In this document: positions 60,321 to 64,000 of the stretch, piece after piece
Numbering within the stretch: position 1 is the first letter of the stretch
How the letters are laid out: the number at the start of each line of letters is the position of its first letter
Source of the DNA: Candidatus Latescibacterota bacterium
GTDB lineage: Bacteria; Latescibacterota; UBA2968; UBA8231
NCBI GenBank assembly: GCA_965223905.1
Contig: CBDCXV010000009.1
Location: forward strand, 96,001 to 160,000
DNA: 64,000 nt
Direction: 5' to 3'
Made by a program: the position numbers and the translations under genes
Notes under the pieces: model-generated
Told to the model about the DNA's origin: nothing
Databases searched by the model: none
Seen by the model: the letters and a program-made list of their open reading frames with translations, nothing else

Positions 60321-63014
60321 TCAGGTGGAGACGCCCAGACGCCCGCGCGTGATCTGAAAATCCGAGTTGCCGCGGAGCGACAGCTTCGGTGAGGAGGTCC
60401 TGGCAGCTACCGCGACCAGGCATTCGAGGAGCGCCCGCGCGACAATCCCGGGGCCCTTGGACTCATCGATCGACAGGTCGAGATCATCCGCAAAGTCCGC
60501 TTTGACCGCGTCGCTGCCGCTCACCTGGACCACCGGCACCAGCGGGTGCGTCTGCATCGGGTGCTCGCCGGCGTGAGCGAGGACGACCTCCACTCCGGTC
60601 GCTCCAAGCCCGGTCAGGGTCTCGACCCAGTGGTCCGAGGGGGTTTCCATGCAGTAGAAACCGGGCCGGGAAAAGCGCTCCCCATGCCCGAGATTGGGGG
60701 GCAGCGAGTCGGTACCCAACCCGGCGATGAAAGCCGGGTTCGCTCCCAGGCCCGAATTTTCCACGATGACGACGGTGCCGCCCGCCCCGGCGATCCACCG
60801 GCACAGCTGTAAAAAGGCGGCGGCCGTGCTGTCGCCGAGCGGTCCAGAGCAGATCATTCCCAGACGCAAGCATTCCAGTCCTACCTCCGCGTAGCGGGGC
60901 TCCTCCATAGCCTCGATCCGGTCCGAGAACCACGACTCGACCCCGTTCATGACCGACTCGATGCCGCCGTCCATCTGCACGCTTGCCCAGCCGAACTCCG
61001 CTTCGGAGCGGCCCATCTTCTTCAGCTGTTCGCGGAAGTAGTCGTTGTGCGTCTTTTCGCACCCGTGCTCCATCAGCAGTCCGACGCTTACCAGCGGGTG
61101 GGAGAGGTAGCCGACGAGGGTACGGGCGTAGATCCCCTCGGTGTCGTAGCCGGTGACGCCGCATCCTTCGGTATGCACGAGACTGACGAACCGCGTGATC
61201 CCCTTTTCGGCCCCGACGGCGCGCGCGTTGAGCCGCTCAGCCGTCAGCCTCGCTATCTGGCCGGCGCAGAGACTGGTGGGCAGCACCAGGCCGACGCGAT
61301 CGGTTGCGGCTGATCCCTCTCTGGCGACTGCGGCCTTGAAACGGATCTCCGGCGCCGCCTCGGTAGCGATGGGGTGCGGTCGACCACTGGGGACCGGGGC
61401 CGCCAGGAGAGTCTCGAGGTTCGACTTGTCCCGCTGCGGCCAGTTGCGCCAGATGGAGACCTGCGAGTGTCCGGCCTGCTCGCCGCGCGACCGCTGCCCG
61501 GAGGCGACGGCCCGGGTGCGCTCGAAGAGATCGGCGGCGAGCTCCTCCATCGGGGTGCCTTCCTGGTACGCACCGGCGTCGACGTCCATGTCGTCCGCCA
61601 GCAGCCGGAAGCGCCGGGAGGTGGTGACGATCTTGATCGTCGGCACGAACGGGAAATTCGTGATCGAGCCGTTGCCGGTGACGAAGAAGATGAGGTTGCA
61701 ACCTGCCGCGACCTGACCGGCGATGCTCTCCAGGTCGTTGCCGGGACTGTCCATGAAGTAGTACCCCGGCTCGCGCATCGGCTCGGAGTAGTCGATGGCG
61801 TGGTCGAGACGCACGTCCGGGTCCCTTTTTCTCGCCGCCCCGATCGACTTGAGCACGATGTTGTAGAGACCGCGGAACTTGTTGCCCCCGGAAGGATTCC
61901 CTTCAGCTGTGGACCCGTGCCAGGCGACGCGCTCCTTGAAGCGCTCGACCATGTGCAGGAACCGCTGCGCAGTTTCCAGATCGCGCACGTTCTGTAGCAG
62001 GTACGGCTCGGCGCCGATCAGTTCGTCCGTTTCCGCCAGATTGGCCGCGCCGCCGTGGCGGATCAGCTCCCGCGCCACCCGCGCCGCCAGCGGGTTTCCC
62101 GAGATGCCTGAAAAGGCGTCGGAGCCGCCGCACTGAAGCGCCAGCTTCAGCCCCGACAGCGGTTGTTCGGTGCGCTCGTTCCGGTTCAGCGGCTCGAGCC
62201 ATCCCCTCACCACCCTCTCACCCTCGGCGAGAGCGTCGTCGAAACTGCCGGAGATCGACAGGAAGCGGTGGGGCATGTCGTCGATGGCGTAGCCGCCGGC
62301 CCGCAGGTGCTCCCGCAACTGCGCGTTCGAGACCGATTCGCTGCCGTAGTCGACGGCGAGCAGGGCGCCGATGTTGGGGTGAACGGCGAACCCGGCCAGG
62401 GTGCGCAGCAGCAGCTCCTTGTTGTTGGGCGTGCCGCGGCCGCCTCCCTCGGTATGGGCGATCGCCACCACCCCGTCGAGGTTGGCGCCTGCGGCCTCCT
62501 GCAGGCGCGCGGCGAGCAGGCGGGCGTAGCTGGCGGTCCGGGAGGTCGTTCCCAGGATGACGGCGTAGTTCCGGGTGCCGGCGCCCCGCCGTCCCCGCGC
62601 GTACCCCGAAAAGGTGCCCGGCTGCTCGTGGAGGGAAACCTGCCGCCCCGGCCGGAAGCGGTCCCTGTCGAGCTCGTAGGGCCGGATGCGATCCTCGAAG
62701 TTCGGAGCCGGCGGCAGTTCGAAGTCGATCCTGCGGCCGTTCAGCGCTTCCAGCATCCCCGGGTTGCAGACGTACGAGCCGGGCTGGATGTCGGCGGTCG
62801 CGACGCCGAAGGGAAGGCACCACGACAGCAGCTCGGCTCCCCGGGCGACAGGCTCCACTGCGAAGCGGTGGCCCTCCATCACCGTGTAGTCGAGCTCGAA
62901 GCGCGCGGTTCCCCGGAGGATGGCCGTACCCTGCTCGAGCCGGCGCGAGGCGATGGCGACGTTGTCCCCGGCGGCCGGCAGGCGGCCGGCGTCGTCAAAA
63001 CTGATTTCAGTCAT
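60321..63014 (-). CDS. UxaA/GarD-family dehydratase with SAF domain and duplicated C-terminal module
   Basis: DNVAIA...GHRFA (SAF), GTRNY, LQCGGSDAFSGISGNP, NPSGGN, FVTGNGS, PTIKI. Confidence 0.88.
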   Translation of the reverse strand: MTEISFDDAGRLPAAGDNVAIASRRLEQGTAILRGTARFELDYTVMEGHRFAVEPVARGAELLSWCLPFGVATADIQPGSYVCNPGMLEALNGRRIDFELPPAPNFEDRIRPYELDRDRFRPGRQVSLHEQPGTFSGYARGRRGAGTRNYAVILGTTSRTASYARLLAARLQEAAGANLDGVVAIAHTEGGGRGTPNNKELLLRTLAGFAVHPNIGALLAVDYGSESVSNAQLREHLRAGGYAIDDMPHRFLSISGSFDDALAEGERVVRGWLEPLNRNERTEQPLSGLKLALQCGGSDAFSGISGNPLAARVARELIRHGGAANLAETDELIGAEPYLLQNVRDLETAQRFLHMVERFKERVAWHGSTAEGNPSGGNKFRGLYNIVLKSIGAARKRDPDVRLDHAIDYSEPMREPGYYFMDSPGNDLESIAGQVAAGCNLIFFVTGNGSITNFPFVPTIKIVTTSRRFRLLADDMDVDAGAYQEGTPMEELAADLFERTRAVASGQRSRGEQAGHSQVSIWRNWPQRDKSNLETLLAAPVPSGRPHPIATEAAPEIRFKAAVAREGSAATDRVGLVLPTSLCAGQIARLTAERLNARAVGAEKGITRFVSLVHTEGCGVTGYDTEGIYARTLVGYLSHPLVSVGLLMEHGCEKTHNDYFREQLKKMGRSEAEFGWASVQMDGGIESVMNGVESWFSDRIEAMEEPRYAEVGLECLRLGMICSGPLGDSTAAAFLQLCRWIAGAGGTVVIVENSGLGANPAFIAGLGTDSLPPNLGHGERFSRPGFYCMETPSDHWVETLTGLGATGVEVVLAHAGEHPMQTHPLVPVVQVSGSDAVKADFADDLDLSIDESKGPGIVARALLECLVAVAARTSSPKLSLRGNSDFQITRGRLGVST

Positions 63015-63038
63015 GGCAGCTGCAGGAGGCGTGTGTGT

Positions 63039-64000
63039 TCAGAATAGCTCGAAGTTCCCTGCGTCGACCCTCTTCGACTGGTGGGCAAGCACCGCATCCA
63101 TCAGCTCGATCGCCATTCGCGACTCCAGAGTCACGCTGGCGCGCACTCCCACGCATGGATCGTGCCTGCCCTTCTGCAGCTCGAAGTCGGTTTCGCTCAG
63201 ATCCTTGCGCACCGATTGCTGCGGCGGGCGAATGGTGGACGTCGGTTTGAAGGAGACCCGGCAGACCAGGGGCATGCCGGTGGTGACGCCGCCGATGATG
63301 CCGCCGTGATGGTTGCTCTGATAGCCGGAGCGTCGGATCGGGTCGTTGTTTTCGCTGCCCCGTCGCGGCACGACCTCGATTCCCGAGCCGACCTCGCACG
63401 CCTGCACGGCGTGCAGCCCGCCGAGCGTTCCCATGAGCCTGACCTTGAGGCTGTCGTAGAGCGGTTCTCCCGCCAGCGGCGGCACGTTGACGGCGACGAC
63501 CTCGATCGCCGCCCCGATCGAGTCGCCCTGCCTGCGGGTTCCGGCAATCAGGTCCGCGGCGGCGCCTGCGAACTCGGCGTCCAGGGTCCGGATCTCCGGC
63601 TCTTCCAGTGCCGCCTCCAGCTCCTCGAGCTCTGCCGCGGGCACCCGGCCGTCGTCCCCGGTGGAAAGCTCATGCACGTGGTCGGCCAGCCACCGCCCGG
63701 ACCGCAGCTCGCCGACCTGGCAAATCGACGACAGGAAGGCGGTCCCGAACCGGTCCCTCAGGTACAGGCGGGCGACGGAGCCGCCGAAGACGTCGGATAT
63801 GGTCGAGCGGAAACTGGAGCGTCCACCCCCGCGTGGGTCCGCGAAACCCCGGGACTTGTGATGCTTGACGAGGTCGGTGTGGCCGGGGCGCACGTCCCCG
63901 GTGGGGCCGAGGAACTGCTCGTAGTCCGCGGTGCGCTTCGCCGCCGACAGGACGACCGCGGCGATCGGCTCCCCGGTGGCGAGGCCTTCCTCGTACCCCG
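63039..64000 (-). CDS. aroC: Chorismate synthase (5' end outside window)
   Basis: RPGHTD, GGGRSS, GDSIG, NHHGGIIGG, FKPTSTI, GRHDPCV. Confidence 0.9.
   Translation of the reverse strand, partial: GYEEGLATGEPIAAVVLSAAKRTADYEQFLGPTGDVRPGHTDLVKHHKSRGFADPRGGGRSSFRSTISDVFGGSVARLYLRDRFGTAFLSSICQVGELRSGRWLADHVHELSTGDDGRVPAAELEELEAALEEPEIRTLDAEFAGAAADLIAGTRRQGDSIGAAIEVVAVNVPPLAGEPLYDSLKVRLMGTLGGLHAVQACEVGSGIEVVPRRGSENNDPIRRSGYQSNHHGGIIGGVTTGMPLVCRVSFKPTSTIRPPQQSVRKDLSETDFELQKGRHDPCVGVRASVTLESRMAIELMDAVLAHQSKRVDAGNFELF

Overview
High-GC bacterial chromosomal window, mostly housekeeping and catabolic genes. Housekeeping genes include class I lysS, infA, comEC, zapA, trxB, sat, purN, prpB/prpC, purA-serA, tRNA-Leu-tig-clpP-clpX-engB, glyQS-recO-ftsB-proB-hisF-hisH-proC, carA, a UxaA-family fusion and partial aroC. 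They are interspersed with many oxidoreductases and hydrolases. The gene complement (dimeric GlyRS, class I LysRS, CehA/McbA hydrolase, FN3/NHL and TPR proteins) suggests a Gemmatimonadota/Latescibacterota-like organism; this is inference only. No CRISPR array, rRNA, integrase or transposase was seen. The most unusual items are five. (1) A histone H1-like/SWIB gene with a palindrome over its promoter, a 14-nt anti-16S super-SD driving a 26-aa uORF, and an A10 tract at its domain boundary. (2) A cluster of cGAAg-triloop hairpins with mutually exclusive stems upstream of comEC. (3) A lower-GC Schlafen/AlbA_2-HATPase gene followed by an att-like array of phased repeats, an IHF consensus and a tRNA T-arm-like hairpin. 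(4) An orphan sulfur-oxidiser-type Sat. (5) Several deletion or frameshift scars and dispersed intergenic repeats. All calls are by eye from motifs; no database search was run.
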